Shown: positions 12,444 to 24,730 of the stretch, piece by piece
Position numbering within the stretch: the stretch's first letter is position 1
Layout of the letters: each line of letters begins with the position of its first letter
Origin: Moniliella sp. 'wahieum'
Lineage: Eukaryota
DNA length: 60,142 bases
Direction: 5' to 3'
NCBI GenBank assembly: GCA_003971905.1
Contig: RSEE01000050.1
Span: 434,001-494,142, forward strand
Notes under the pieces: model-generated
Told to the model about the DNA's origin: nothing
What the model saw: only the letters and a program-made list of their open reading frames with translations
Database searches by the model: none
Program-made: the position numbers and the translations under genes

Positions 12444-12615
12444 GGGGATCACGCCCGGGGCACGGCACGGCAGGCGCACAGCAGACGGAGCAGCAGCTGC
12501 GGTCGTGGCCGGGGGAGCAGGAGCCTTACCGGTTAGCCGGTTAGGCTGCAGCGCCTGCCCGCCCTGTGGAGCTGCGCTGCCAGGGGCTGCGATGCAGGAA
12601 CGCGCTGCACAAGAC

Positions 12616-12789
12616 GACGCGTCACGCGTCACAGCCCCGCCCCGCCAGCGCCAGTGTCGCCGCCCCGCCCCCTCCTTACCTCAGCCGCAGCGCCCGGTCC
12701 GGCTCACGCGTCACGCGTCCCGCAACTTAAATAACGTGGTGTACTTAGAGTGCCGGGCCATTTCAAATTTGCCTTTCAAATTTCACGTG
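12616..12789. promoter_or_regulatory. Divergent promoter between APSES gene and MET10, with ACGCGT (MCB-like) repeats and a TCACGTG (Cbf1-like) site
   Basis: GACGCGTCACGCGTCA at ~12616-12631, TCACGCGTCACGCGT at 12704-12718 and TCACGTG at 12783-12789. Function is inferred only from yeast motif knowledge. Confidence 0.4.
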
Positions 12790-13027
12790 TGGGGTATCCT
12801 GCAAATGGAACATTGAACATTGAACACGGAGTTTTTGTTATCCGGCGTGGCTTCGCCGTGCTGGCCGCCGTTGGCTGCTCAACAATAGTGCACGAAGAAT
12901 GGCGTGCTAAGAGTAAAAATAACTGCACTCGCCCAATGGGCGCCTCAACCCCTCACCACTGCCGGCTTGGGTGGCTCTTCTTCTCCCCCCACCCCCACCC
13001 CCTTCGGAGCTCCTTAGGGCCCTCGCC

Positions 13028-16000
13028 ATGACGTCCGAGCGTTCCGCCTTTTCGCCCAGACGGCCGCTATTTTTGCTGGCGGCCTGGCCGCTGGCGTCGG
13101 CTCGGTTATCCTGGCCCAGAAGACGCTCACCAAGCACGCCCCCATCCCTCCCTCGGGCCCGTCGAGTTTTTGAGCGTGCTGCGCCCCGCTCCCTTGCCCC
13201 TGCACGCCCCCCGCGGTGGCCAAAGCACAGGATGCTCGCGCCCAGCTCACTGCCCCCGCCCCCAGCGCAGTCGCCTCGCTCGGGTCGACCGACCTGGACA
13301 ATGCTACCGTTTGGGTGCCACGGGAGTTGAGCAGCCCCACCCGGCTCCCGAGGCGCCCCCGAAACACACGGCTACCCACGCTCACTCCTCGCCGAACAAG
13401 TTGATGGCCGCGGAGCCCTGGTCCCATGCTCCTCTCTGGGCGTCTCGCCCTTGAACGGCAGCACTAGCATTGGCCTGATCGAGCGCCAATCCTACTACGG
13501 TTCCGACGCTGTCTTCGTGATTCGGACGCAACCGCTTTTGGCCGTTGGGTCGAAGCCGCCCATGAGAAGGGCCTCGAGTCCTCCAAGTCCCCAAGGTCTA
13601 CTCCCTCCAGACCCGTGCCGGTGCGGCTACAACCGTGTTGGGCTACCTTTCGGGTGCCTCTACCTCGGCGTCGTCGGCCAGCCATGGCCTTACTGCATCT
13701 ATCCTGACCAACGCAAAAGGATTGGTCGCCATGGCCCCAGCTCTGGCCTTTGCCCAAACCACCGGGCGCATTGTGGCTCAGGTATCGAGCGCTGGCCAGG
13801 CCGCCTCAGGCACGGGCGAAGACGACGTCCAATGATTGATAACGCCTCCTCTACGTTGCTTGCTGCCTCCCTATTGGCGGAGGGTGACGGCCAGTGGACT
13901 GTGATTTACAACCTCGGACCAGAACGAAGCGGCGGACGTGTCGGCAGCTGCGTACAAGTCTACCGAGGGTAATGTGGCCCATATCTTTGATGGTGCCTTT
14001 GCTGGCCGCGAGATCGACCAGGCTTTGGCTCCGTCGGCCAAGGTAGAGGGCGCCGAAGGCAAAACTGTCTTGGATGTGCTTGCCGCGCCAAATTTGGATC
14101 GTTTTCCTACACTGGCCCGGCCAGCCCGGAAGTGGTGTTGGTTGTCCCCAACACTTCTGTTTGCTGCCGCAGCTAAGTTGGCTTATACACGTCTTGGTGC
14201 CGAGGCCAAAGCCAAGACGGCTATTTTGGCTGTGCGAGTTTTGCGTCCCTGGGACGAGGCTGCCCTCCTAGCTGCCATCCCCACCAGCACCAAGCGAGTC
14301 GCCATTTTGGACATTGGCGATGGTGTTGCTCGGACGTAGAAGCCGCCTTATTTGACACCAAGACCGACGTTTCTACCCTGCCAGCTCCGGCTGACGCTGG
14401 CGCAGCTCACATCTCGGCCGCGCTTGAGCTCCTGGTTGCAGGCCCCACTTCTTGGTCTGCGGTCGTGGCCAATCTGCTCAGGTCCCGCGGGCCCCTTACG
14501 GCCATGGGAAGCTGCTCACCGTTCTTGACACTGAAGCGAGCGCTACATCCTACACTGGCAGCTGATTGCTCGCATCTTTGCCGACGCCGCTGCTCAGGGG
14601 TTGGTGCGGCCAAGGCGCTCTCTTGCCGGGCGCTCCAGCGGTTTGACAACTTCCACGGCCCTCAGGCGTCCGGAATTATCCGTTCCGACCTCCTCTTTGG
14701 TCTGCGCACCCTTCCTGTTGCTGCTGTGGCGCAGAATGGCCAAGCGCAGACGTGGTCTTGGCCCAGGCTGGTTCGCTCACCTCGGCACTCAATGCCCTTG
14801 CCTTGGTTGCCCCGGGTGGTACGGTTTGCTCGACACGTCAGGCTGGGACGCTCCTGCTGCGGAGGTGCTTTCGGAGCGCCTGCTACCCATTGTACAACGC
14901 TCGATTGCATCCTTGTCTCTCAAGCTGGTAGCCATTGACGCTGCCTCGGTGGTGTCCCAGATCGAGGCGGCCGCGGCCAAGAACAATGCCAAGGCCAAGC
15001 AAGTCTCCCTGGACGCGGAACTGGCTTCGGCCGTCCTGGCTGTTGCGGCTTTGCAGATGCACCTTAATGCGACGCCAACCACGTTGGCTACGCTGGCCCA
15101 GCCTGCTCTCGCTGAGCTGCCTGACGTCAAGGTGGAGGAGCTCGTTTCCTTTGTTGGCAATGCGCTGACTCCCGTCTCGTACGACGCGGCTGGTCTGGCC
15201 GCAGCCCAGGAGGAAGAGGGCAAGTCGTTCCCGTCTTGCCGGACTGGGAATACACTGGCTTTGCTCGTTTGGCTGACCGTGCTGCGGCAGTGGCCGAGCC
15301 TGTCGCCCGGACTGCGTCTTGGGCCTCGGCCGCATGGCAAAGGCTGTACCCGGAAGCGTACGACCTCAAGGCCGATTCCCTCCGCGCCGACCTGGCTTCT
15401 GAGAAGCTGTGGGAGATCGAGGTGACGGAGAACCGTCGCCTGACGCCGTTGGACTATGATCGTAATGTCTTCCATCTGGAGATGTCGACCAAGGGTACAG
15501 ACCTTACCTACGAAGTCGGTGAAGCTCTCGGTGTGCACGGCTGGAACGACGAGGAAGAGGTGCGCGAGTTCATTCGCTGGACCGGCTTCCAGCCCGACGA
15601 GGTCATCAGCATCCCGACCGAGGGGGGGAAGCCGAGTCGCTTACAGTGTTCCAGCTGCTGCTCCAACGCAAAGACATCTTTGGTCGCCCGGGCAAAAACT
15701 TTTACGCTGTCTTGGCCGACAAGGCGGCCAACGTCAACGAGGCCAAGTGGCTGCGCTTTGTGGCGTCTGCTGAAGGCAACAGCACGTTTAAGAAGTATGC
15801 AGAGGTGGAGACGGTGACGTACGCGGAGGTCTTGCGCATGTTCCCCTCGGTGCTGGTCAACTTTACCGTCAATGATTTGCTCACTCACATTGAGGACATC
15901 CAGCCGCGCCACTACTCCATTGCCTCGGCCCAGGCTGCGGTGGGCGAGTCGGTGCACCTGCTGATTGTCACGGTGGATTGGAAGACACCGAGCGGAGCGC

Positions 16001-16705
16001 CGCGCTATGGCCAATGCACCGTTACCTTTCCAAACTTCGTCCGGGGGACAAGGTCACCGTTTCGGTACGTCCTTCGGTCATGAAGCTCCCCCCCAGTCCG
16101 AGCAAACCGATCATCATGGCCGGATTGGGTACCGGTGCCGCGCCTTTCCGCGCCTTCCTCCAAGCCCGTGCGGTGCAGAAAGCCCAGGGTCTGCCTATTG
16201 GTCCGCTGGTGTACTACTTTGGCTCGCGCTACCGCAGCAAAGAGTACCTCTACGGAGAAGAACTGGAGGCGTTCCAAGCAGATGGTATCCTTACCCGCCT
16301 GGGACTTGCCTTCTCCCGCGACCAGAAGCACAAGATCTACATTCAGACAAGATTTCCGAGGATGCCCAGATCGTCTTCTTACCTCGCCCCCGAGATTGCT
16401 GCTTCGGGAGCAACGATCAAGGAGCCCCCTGGTCGACGCTTTGATCAAGGCCGAGGAGAAGGACAAAGGTTACTTCTACCTCTGTGGACCGTACGTCGCC
16501 CCCGCCTCCTATCCCTCCCTCTTTTCCTTGTTTGAATTGTCCTACTAACCACCCTTGTACCGTGCCCAGGACCTGGCCCGTGCCTGACATTACCGAAGCG
16601 GTGCTCACCAGTTTGGAGCAACTCAAGGGCCTAACCCGTGCCCAGGCTGAAGAGCACCTGGAGAAGCTCAAGGAAGAAGAGCGCTGGGTGCTGGAAGTCT
16701 ACTAA
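13028..16705 (+). CDS. MET10: Sulfite reductase [NADPH] flavoprotein alpha subunit; frameshifted
   Basis: VTENRRLTPLDYDRNVFHLEM, YEVGEALGVHGWND, IQPRHYSIAS, PIIMAGLGTGAAPFRAF, LAFSRDQKHKIYIQ, FYLCGP|TWPVPD, LKEEERWVLEVY*. Intron 16491-16569. The 5' start is uncertain. Confidence 0.93.
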
Positions 16706-18085
16706 GTTCCGCCGCCTATGTTGTTTCTCCCCCGGAATACGATGGGCCAATAGATGGTTTGTGCTCGGAGACCCGCATTCCCAAAGTCCAATGTATTAGG
16801 AATGAAGGTGTGCCGCTATTGACTTCGCAGAGCAGTTGTAGTAGAAGTGCATATTCAGGTCATCATGACAATTGATAAAATCATACTGAAAAGTGCACGC
16901 TTGAACCTACCTCCTATGGGCCCGTTCCATCTGCATTTCCTTTCCTTGTGCTATCGCTATGCTTCCCGCGGCCCGGGTTCCCACAAAGGACGTCTTCTGT
17001 CCGGTATCACTTGTACCAGCGCGCCACCCAACGATACCAGACTCATCTTCCAATTACTGAGTCCACCATTGTTAGCTCCACCGTCAAGACGATGGTCAAA
17101 GAGATTATTGCTGGTCGCCACGGACCCTAGCTCCACTCTTCACTCTTACTCACTTGCTTGCCGTCATGCAACTCACCTATGCCCCCTTGGTAACAACGGC
17201 TTCATTTACACAGTGTGCTTCCTCTTTGGTCTATAATGGGCCGCGCCTTGTCTAGCCCTTGGCGGGCCAATGGAACTGGGTCAGGCTGCGCCGCTGCAGC
17301 GGCCAAACGCAAGAACCTTCCAAATTTGTCTCCTTGGCCCCACCTGTAGCAATCCGCCTTTGACACATTCCCTCATGAATCAGTGATCTCTCTCAGCTGT
17401 CTCTCCCAGTCTTCCCTGCCCTTCTGACTTGGCTGGATGGGTGCAATGCATCTCATGTAGGGGAAAGGTTTGGGAGCGGAGGAAATGGGGAGCAGAGGGG
17501 AGGGAAGGGCGTTAGAGCGAGCCCGCGGCCAGCGTGGCACGGCGGGCAAGCACTTCTTGCCTCTGCCTGTTGATCTCCTCTGTGGTCCAGACAGTGAAAT
17601 CAAAGACCTTCCAGCCAGGCCAGCGCCTACGCGGTGAAGCCAACAAGGGCGCCAATGCCTGTGTCGGGCCAGGTCAGAACGCGCACGCGAGGGCAGCAGG
17701 AGAGGGGGGGTGGGGGGGGGGGTGGCAGCGAAAAGTACTGTTGAAGGGTGTTGGCGCTTGATGAACTGCTGCATGACGCGCACGGTAAGCCCGGCGACGC
17801 CCAGCCGACAACATGTTCGGTGCGACCCATCGTAGCCACCAGTCCAGTCGCAAGTCGCAGAGAAGGCGATGGAGGCGCAGAACAGGCCGCCTCCGTCCGC
17901 GCTCGATTGGTAATCCTCAACCCTAGGCCACACGTGACCGCGGCTGCCACAGGCAACTCTGCCCAGTGATTCCGCCTTGGCGGGTCTGGTTCCGCCCGTG
18001 TGGCACAGGCAGCGCACGGCCTGCTGCTGCGCCGCAGCGGCCAAGGACTAATTAGTGTGGCGAGTGGCCGTGCGGCGCGCGTCAT

Positions 18086-19000
18086 ATGTACAGCGTGCAG
18101 GTTATGCTGCCCACTATCCAGGAGGCCAGGGCCAGATCCCAAGCCCTCCCTTGCCTCCTCCAGCCTGTCTTGCCACTAACCGCCCCAACCCATGTTTTGT
18201 CCCCGCCTTCTTGGTGTTCTGGCCCTTCGCCCTCCTGCTCTATCTTCGCGCGGCCCCTCGCGCGAGTGGGGCGCGAGGGCTGGCCACGCATGCCTCATCG
18301 GCGCAGCTGCCACCGCAGGATGCACCTGCGCACCACAAGCGTCGACGCTCGAAGACGCAGCCAGGTGCACAAGACTTGGCTATTGACCCCACTGCCGTCG
18401 TGACGCCCAATGCTGGGGGCACCTTGTCCTTGCGCGAAACCTAAGTCGATGCCCTGACCCACGCCTCGCCACCCTGGGGAGAACCCACCGGGGTTCCTCC
18501 CCAGGCGCTCAAGATCGCCCCGGAAACGTTTAACGTTCAGATCCCCTTCCCCTCCCGCGGGACCACACTTTCGTCCCCCCAAATCCCCTGTTGCACACTC
18601 CGGAGCCCACCGCGGCCGAGGAAACGATCCCAACTCCTGCCCCTCTTTTTACCATCGACGAGGCCAGGCGTGTGCACAGTCCTCTGAGCCCAGAAAGCAG
18701 CAGTGAGGCTGAGGTTGAGTTAGAAGGACTTTGCTCAACCAAGGGTGGCCCGTCTGCGCAAGCTGGCGTACCTCACGAGTGGGCACACCAAGCGGTTGTA
18801 CTGTACGACCAGGCCCATCACCACTTTTATTCCATCCTTCCCAATGGCTTGTTTGCTCCCGTCGACCGGTAGCAAGTGCCAAGTCCTCCGATAGCCTCCC
18901 CGTCTTCCAATTCTCTCCGGGAGTTGCCCCGTCCGATGACTCAAGCGGAGCGTCAGGTCTCACGATGCTCTTTGGCTTCCTCATGTCTGCCTTGCTTTAA
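18086..19000 (+). CDS. Hypothetical Pro/Ser-rich protein (probably one frameshifted gene)
   Basis: Chain of overlapping + ORFs (18086-18403, 18055-18444, 18591-18872, 18731-19000) with protein-like segments such as HEWAHQAVVLYDQAHHHFYSILPNGLF and a hydrophobic tail GASGLTMLFGFLMSALL*. No family recognised. Confidence 0.35.
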
Positions 19001-19421
19001 GCGTCGTGCTGGACACTCTATTCATCACTCAAGAGGCAAAAACCTTGCGTACCTATCAGCTTGCCCAGCTTGAGGGGCATCACCCTACCGAACCAAAACT
19101 CACATAAGTTCCCGTTAATGCATGACCTTCGTGTGCCTGTCCCTGTCCCAGCAAAACAAAACTACCCATTTATAGATGGCCACGTGGTTAGCCAAATTTT
19201 CCTCCATTCACCTCACCTACGAACCAGACACACACAAGGCTTCGGAAGCAATCGCATGAGTAGTAGGGGAGGGAGAGTCATAAAGGGCTAATCACAGCAG
19301 CTACGCTAGCTGCAGCCAGAACGATGCCACGGTAGAGAAAAGGGATTCGTAACCCCCAATGCATCTACGCTGACGTGAAGTCATGTGGGCGGGGGTAAGG
19401 TGCCAAGGTGCCGGGGCAACC

Positions 19422-19977
19422 TCATGCCACAGGCTGGGCCAACAGCTTCTGGACGTCGCCCTTGATCGAGTCTGGGGAGGTGGTGGGTGCATACCGGGCG
19501 TAGACCTTGCCTTGACGGTCGACGAGGAACTTGGTAAAGTTCCACACGATCCTTCACCCAGCACACCCTTCTTCTCCGCTTCAACACCTTGAACACAGGA
19601 TTCGTGTCGTTGCCATTGACATCGCTAGTAGAGGAAGAGGTCAGTGTCTACAGCAGATTGGGTTGAGTGGGAAGGAAGGGGGGGTTGGGCATACCTTTGT
19701 TAACCATGGGGAATTGGACGCCGTAGTTGAGCTGGCAGAATGACCCAGTGTCCTCGTCCCCCTCTGGGTTCTGGGACCCGAATTGGTTGCTGGGGAACCC
19801 AATCACCTCCAGGCCTTGGTCTTTGAACTCCTCATACAGTTTTCCGAGCCCATCGAGCTGCGGTGTGAAACCGCACTTGGTCGCCGAGTTGAAGATCAAC
19901 ACAACCTTGCCCTGGGTCTGAGCGAAGTCGTACGTGCTCTTCTTCCAAGGCACAGAAAGGGAGTAGAGCTCGGACAT
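19422..19977 (-). CDS. Glutathione peroxidase family peroxidase (Cys-type, Hyr1/Gpx-like)
   Basis: [38 protein letters not shown] and [12 protein letters not shown]. Intron ~19625-19694. Stop after KLLAQPVA. Confidence 0.93.
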
Positions 19978-20547
19978 GGCGATATGAGCAAAAGGAGTAC
20001 GATGACGGGGTCGAAGGGAAGGCGAGAGAGAACGAGAGCAGGGGGATGCGTGCGAGATGTGCTGATGGGAAGTGCCCTTGGACAGGGTCGAGCCGGAGTG
20101 TTATATATATTCTCCACATCCGGCGCGCGGCCTCCGGATCGCCGGGGCTACTTGGGCGCACCTGTGACACCAGGTCACATGACCGGGCTCTTCTCGGCCT
20201 TTCGGTGCCCGCGCTCCGCCGTTGGCACCTCGACGGAGAGCCACGGCGGTCAGGCCTAAGGAGCGGCAAATGCAACCCCGCTCACCGTTCAAATTTCAAA
20301 GCGCATGCGCGTGTGCGCTCATGGCTCATGCTCATGCCCTCGCGGACGATGCCTGGCGACTCGGTCTGAGATCTGAGTAGCCTAGCCATTATTCCCCCGG
20401 ACGCGTAGCCTTGCTGCCGGCGACCCTCTGACACATCTCGAGCGGCCGCGCCATGACCTGCATGACCGGTAAATGTGCCCTGCCGGTGTTGAGTGAGTAG
20501 CTGGTGAATCTGCACGCGGATTTCACTATTCGACGACCCCTCTCTGC

Positions 20548-20697
20548 ATCCATATCGTTTACAGAGCTTATATCCTGGCGACCCCCCTGGTTCCTTGACC
20601 TTAGTGGCGCTTCCAAGTAACCCCCGCAAGATGAACGGTTCGGTTTAGACGTAGCGTTCCCCCTATCCCAGCCTTAAGCTCTGTCAATGATATGAAT
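20548..20697. mobile_element. MITE-like element, ~150 bp, with ~20-23-bp imperfect terminal inverted repeats
   Basis: CATATCGTTTACAGAGCTTA (20551-20570) vs TAAGCTCTGTCAATGATATG (20675-20694) are inverted with 2 mismatches in 20. The interior is repeated at 9095-9226 and ~34913-35032. No TSD is evident. Confidence 0.65.
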
Positions 20698-21876
20698 TCA
20701 AAAAGCAGTGGGACAAAAAGAGGCGCTGTTTTGTCTATAATAACCACCAGCTCTCGCTCTCAATACAGTGTGTCCGGCGTTTGGACTGCTTTTGTTCGTG
20801 CCAAACCAATAGGGATAGAGCCTCAGCCTGAGGCCTGAGAGGAGATATGGCCAAGAGAAGAAGGGTTTAGGCCTTAGGCCTTAGGGGGCAGACAAGCGTG
20901 AGCGCTTATTGTGGCAGTGATAATGCTGTGTGTGGTCGTCAACGCGTCAACAGACGCAAAGAACACAGGCTTTCAGAAAATATGGCAAAAGCTTATAGGC
21001 ACTAGGAAGCGAGTTGCCACCATGCCACCATGCAGTACCCATCAGAGGATGTACCAGCGGAGTTCTGGTGTGAAAAGTAAGATGCTTGATGGGATCCGAG
21101 ATATCTGATCGAGATCCATGAGACACACAAGAGAATATTTGACGGTCACTCGGTTCCTATATTGGTGCGATCAATGCAGCGATCAGCGCGATCAGCGCCC
21201 CCGGCCTGGACCTTTCTTCTCGGCGCCACTCGTCGAGCCTGGTACGCGATTATAGAACCCCTTCAAGCTTCGAGCTTCGCTTTAAGCTTTACTAGTTTTT
21301 TACTACGCATTAACACTTCAGTTTGGGTGTGTCAAGTATCTCGATTGGATCCAAGTCTTCTCGTCCGAGACACTACTGTTGGAGGGAAACTGGGAAACTT
21401 CTATGGCAGACACAAGCGAAACAAAACAAGCTCGCTGTTACGCTTTACTATATCTCAGTTGGCTGCAGTGTCAAAAATGCGAGTATAAGAGGAAATGAAT
21501 GCATCCACCAACACGGATCCCCCTCTGCAATACACAGAGGGTTTACTAGTCGCTAGTCACTGTTCATTACGTTCACTAGTCAAGTCACTGCTCTCTGTGA
21601 TAACACAGTGAATTCACATCTGACTTCGATCTGACTGGTCACACCAAAATCACTACTTCACTCTTCTATCTTTGCTAACCTCCGACATATCTGGAAATGG
21701 AATCACACACGTGGCGTGACGCACATTTTGCCCTCACGAATGTCCGCCATTTCACATGAAGCGTGAAGCTCCAAGTCTTGGTAGTATATAAGGCAAAGGA
21801 GGGGGCTACGGGATGGCAACGGCCGGCATAACTGTGGAGTGATTAGTAACACAAAGTGTATGATCATGTGGGTGTA

Positions 21877-22046
21877 ACAATCGGGGCTGAACGAGGGAGA
21901 CCAAGGTCCTGTCAGAGGCGGGGGGAAAGAACAAGGTCGTTCGTGGGAGGAAAAAGAAGGCAACGGGAAGAGAACAGAAGCAAAAGGAAAGGAAAGAGCG
22001 AGAGACACATGACGCAGAATTGGAAATTGGAGCGAGCTTATCAGCA
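21877..22046 (+). repeat. Dispersed copy of the ~175-bp repeat family at 4072-4545
   Basis: ACAATCGGGGCT..GAGGGAGACCAAGGTCCTGTC..GTCGTTCGTGG..GGAAAGAGCGAGA..AATTGGAAATTGGAGCGAG match the units at 4195-4368 and 4373-4545. Confidence 0.8.
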
Positions 22047-24730
22047 GCCCTCAGCCTTCTCAGACTTCAAGTTCAAGGTTCAAGACGTTCAAGGTTCAAG
22101 CTTCAAGGTTCACAGAGATGTTGGAACTCTCCTATATCCCCGACCTCTAACCTCACTTCATTCTCTTCCCTCCTGTATAATTGAGTTGTTGTGACGTACC
22201 CCGCATATTGCGCTTGAAGCTCTTGAAGCTTTTGATGCATACCATCCCACACTATCTTCGTATCGCCGACATCCGCGCCATCACACTAGTCACTAGTTAC
22301 TAGAGTTGCTATTAGCTTCAAGCTTTAAGCTTCACTGCCATCAGCACGGCCAACTTCAAGCTTCGCCTCCATCTTCTCATTAAATTAGCCATTCTAAGCT
22401 CCAGTCCACTTCCCGTCGCCCGCACAGTCCCTACAGCAGTCACATGTCACACAGACACCAGATGCAACGCGTAACTCCGCTCACAACGCGTAACGCGTAA
22501 CTAGTCACGCGAGTCACGAGAAACTCCGCCCGGTGATCAACTCGATTAACATAGTAACATTCGATTGGGTCACACGCGCGTATGCCCCCAACTCCCCGAC
22601 GTGTGTTCCCACGATGCTCGGAAGTGGCGTGTATAATGGCATCGTGACAAAACGTGACATGTGAGTGACATGAAACAAAATGTCACATTCGCCATCACAT
22701 GCAAGCCACCTTGCGTGTGCGTCCCCCAGCACATCACAGCGATCAGTCACTATAGTCATCTCACCGTCACCAGGCCACACCCGGTTTACGGAGACCATGA
22801 ATATTGAATGCGGGAGAGCAGATGAGATCGGACGGGCGGAGTAAAGAGTGATTAGTTACGAGTATAGCCATTAGTAGCCGGTATGTAACGGGTATAACCG
22901 ATCATTATTGCGGCAACTATAGCTTCTACTCATCGGTCCTCGATCTACACGCAGCGTTCCTTTGTCCCTACTGTTTGGAGTGCTGCAAATTATATGTGTT
23001 CCTGTGGTATGTAGCTCTGTCCGAATGTCTCCGTGACTCTTGCAATCCTGTTGCCTTCAAGCACCATGCGCCGCGTGCCTCTCCATGCGTTGCAGCATCT
23101 CGATCCGATCTGCTTGAACCTTTGGGATGTGTGTGCTTTGGTGTGAGGCGGGTTATCGATTTCTTCAGGTGGTCAGGCTGAGCGCCTGAGCCATGAGCAC
23201 ATGACTTGAGGCTAACGCGCTAATCAAAGCGTTAGCGGTGGACAGAAACGGATGAAGTTCTGGTGGGTGGTCGGAGGGTAGAGGTAGAGGCATGCAACAC
23301 GTACATGCATCATGTATCACAGCTTTCTTCCTGCCTATATTCCTGCGCGTCAAGCTATTAATAGCGAAACCTGGTCAACTTGCTATCATAGCCACCTAGT
23401 CGACCCTATTCACCGGTCACCGGCCGGCTGTCGCTCTCAGATTTCATATCTCAGATCTCATATCTCACATCTCATTAACTTCTTTGAACACGCCGTTTCA
23501 CAGCAGGAAGCCGCAAGGCCCTAGATCGATAGATCCCACATGATTAATGCATGATCAATGATGTTAATGATGCCTCTGTTCCATTCCCACCACCAGACCT
23601 TTTCTTAAAAGCCTTTTTAGATCTTAGATCTTAGATCCTTAGACCATCAACGCCATGGCGCCTTTTAAATGTTTAACGTTTAACGTTTAATCCGTGTGGT
23701 ATATCACACATCATTCATCACACATTGGTCGTCACATATCACATGTCACATGTCGCACGTCACACTTTGCGGCACCCTGGTCACCCGTCACCGATGAGAG
23801 CTTAGTTAGCGCTGAGGCGCTGAGGCTCGCACATGGATCACACATTCTTTGTCACCCGTTGCCCGTAGACGTGGGCACCAACACCGTCCGAGCGACGGTC
23901 AAGCCCTCGGGCCTCAGATCCTGAGACCCCGCCCGGACATGGCGACACGTTCCGATGAACGAACGCTGAACATGTTGAACTTGCTCAACGTGCGGGCAAA
24001 AGCGTCATCGATCGTCTGAGGCTCAGGCCCGAGGCACCCTACCGATCTCGATCAGACTAGGCACCAGCCCCAGAAGCTTCCAAAAGTTGCTGCCAGCCGA
24101 TAATCCACCACACAGCCACCAGCTGCACACGTCCTCTCGGCGCGGCAAAACCCAACAACCAATCCTCATCCCAACCAACGTCAACATCCAACCCCGAAGT
24201 TCCCCTCCCCCCCCTGGATCTGTCAATTTTGCTTCCCACCCCGTCCTGAGCTTCTCACTTCATTTCCTCCTCTCTCCCCGGCCTCTGTCATCAATAGGCG
24301 CCTCTCACAATTTGGACCCCTCTCATCATCCCAAGCCCGTCGGACACCATTGACCTCTTTCCTCTCACCCCTTCTGGCTTTGATCCCTACTGCCTCACCC
24401 CCCCTCTCCGACACTACTGGGAGCTGGGGTCAGCTTCAAAAGCCATCGCCCATCCTTTTTGTTCTCTGGTCAAGCTCTCAATCCTCCTTCGCGGAACGTC
24501 GCTCTTCAATCACCTGGTCCTTGGGAGCGTCCCTGCTCCTGTACTTTGGTACCATTCGAGTTCCCAACCCCTCGTTACCTATCTAGCGTTACCACATTCT
24601 TCCTACTCTTGGCGACCACTCTGCTAGTCACGATCCGCACCTCATCATCCTTCCCCTCAACCACTTCATCTCCGACTTCCCTCACCATCACCTTCCAAGA
24701 CCATGCATTCGCACCCCGGAACTCCGGACG

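Noticed and set aside
16847..17236. Possible small gene or recombinase relic downstream of MET10 (..HLPITESTIV..)
   Set aside because: No motif set could be recognised, and the ORFs are short.
19860..19880. Selenocysteine in the glutathione peroxidase
   Set aside because: The catalytic codon is TGC (Cys) in ATKCGFT, with no in-frame TGA.
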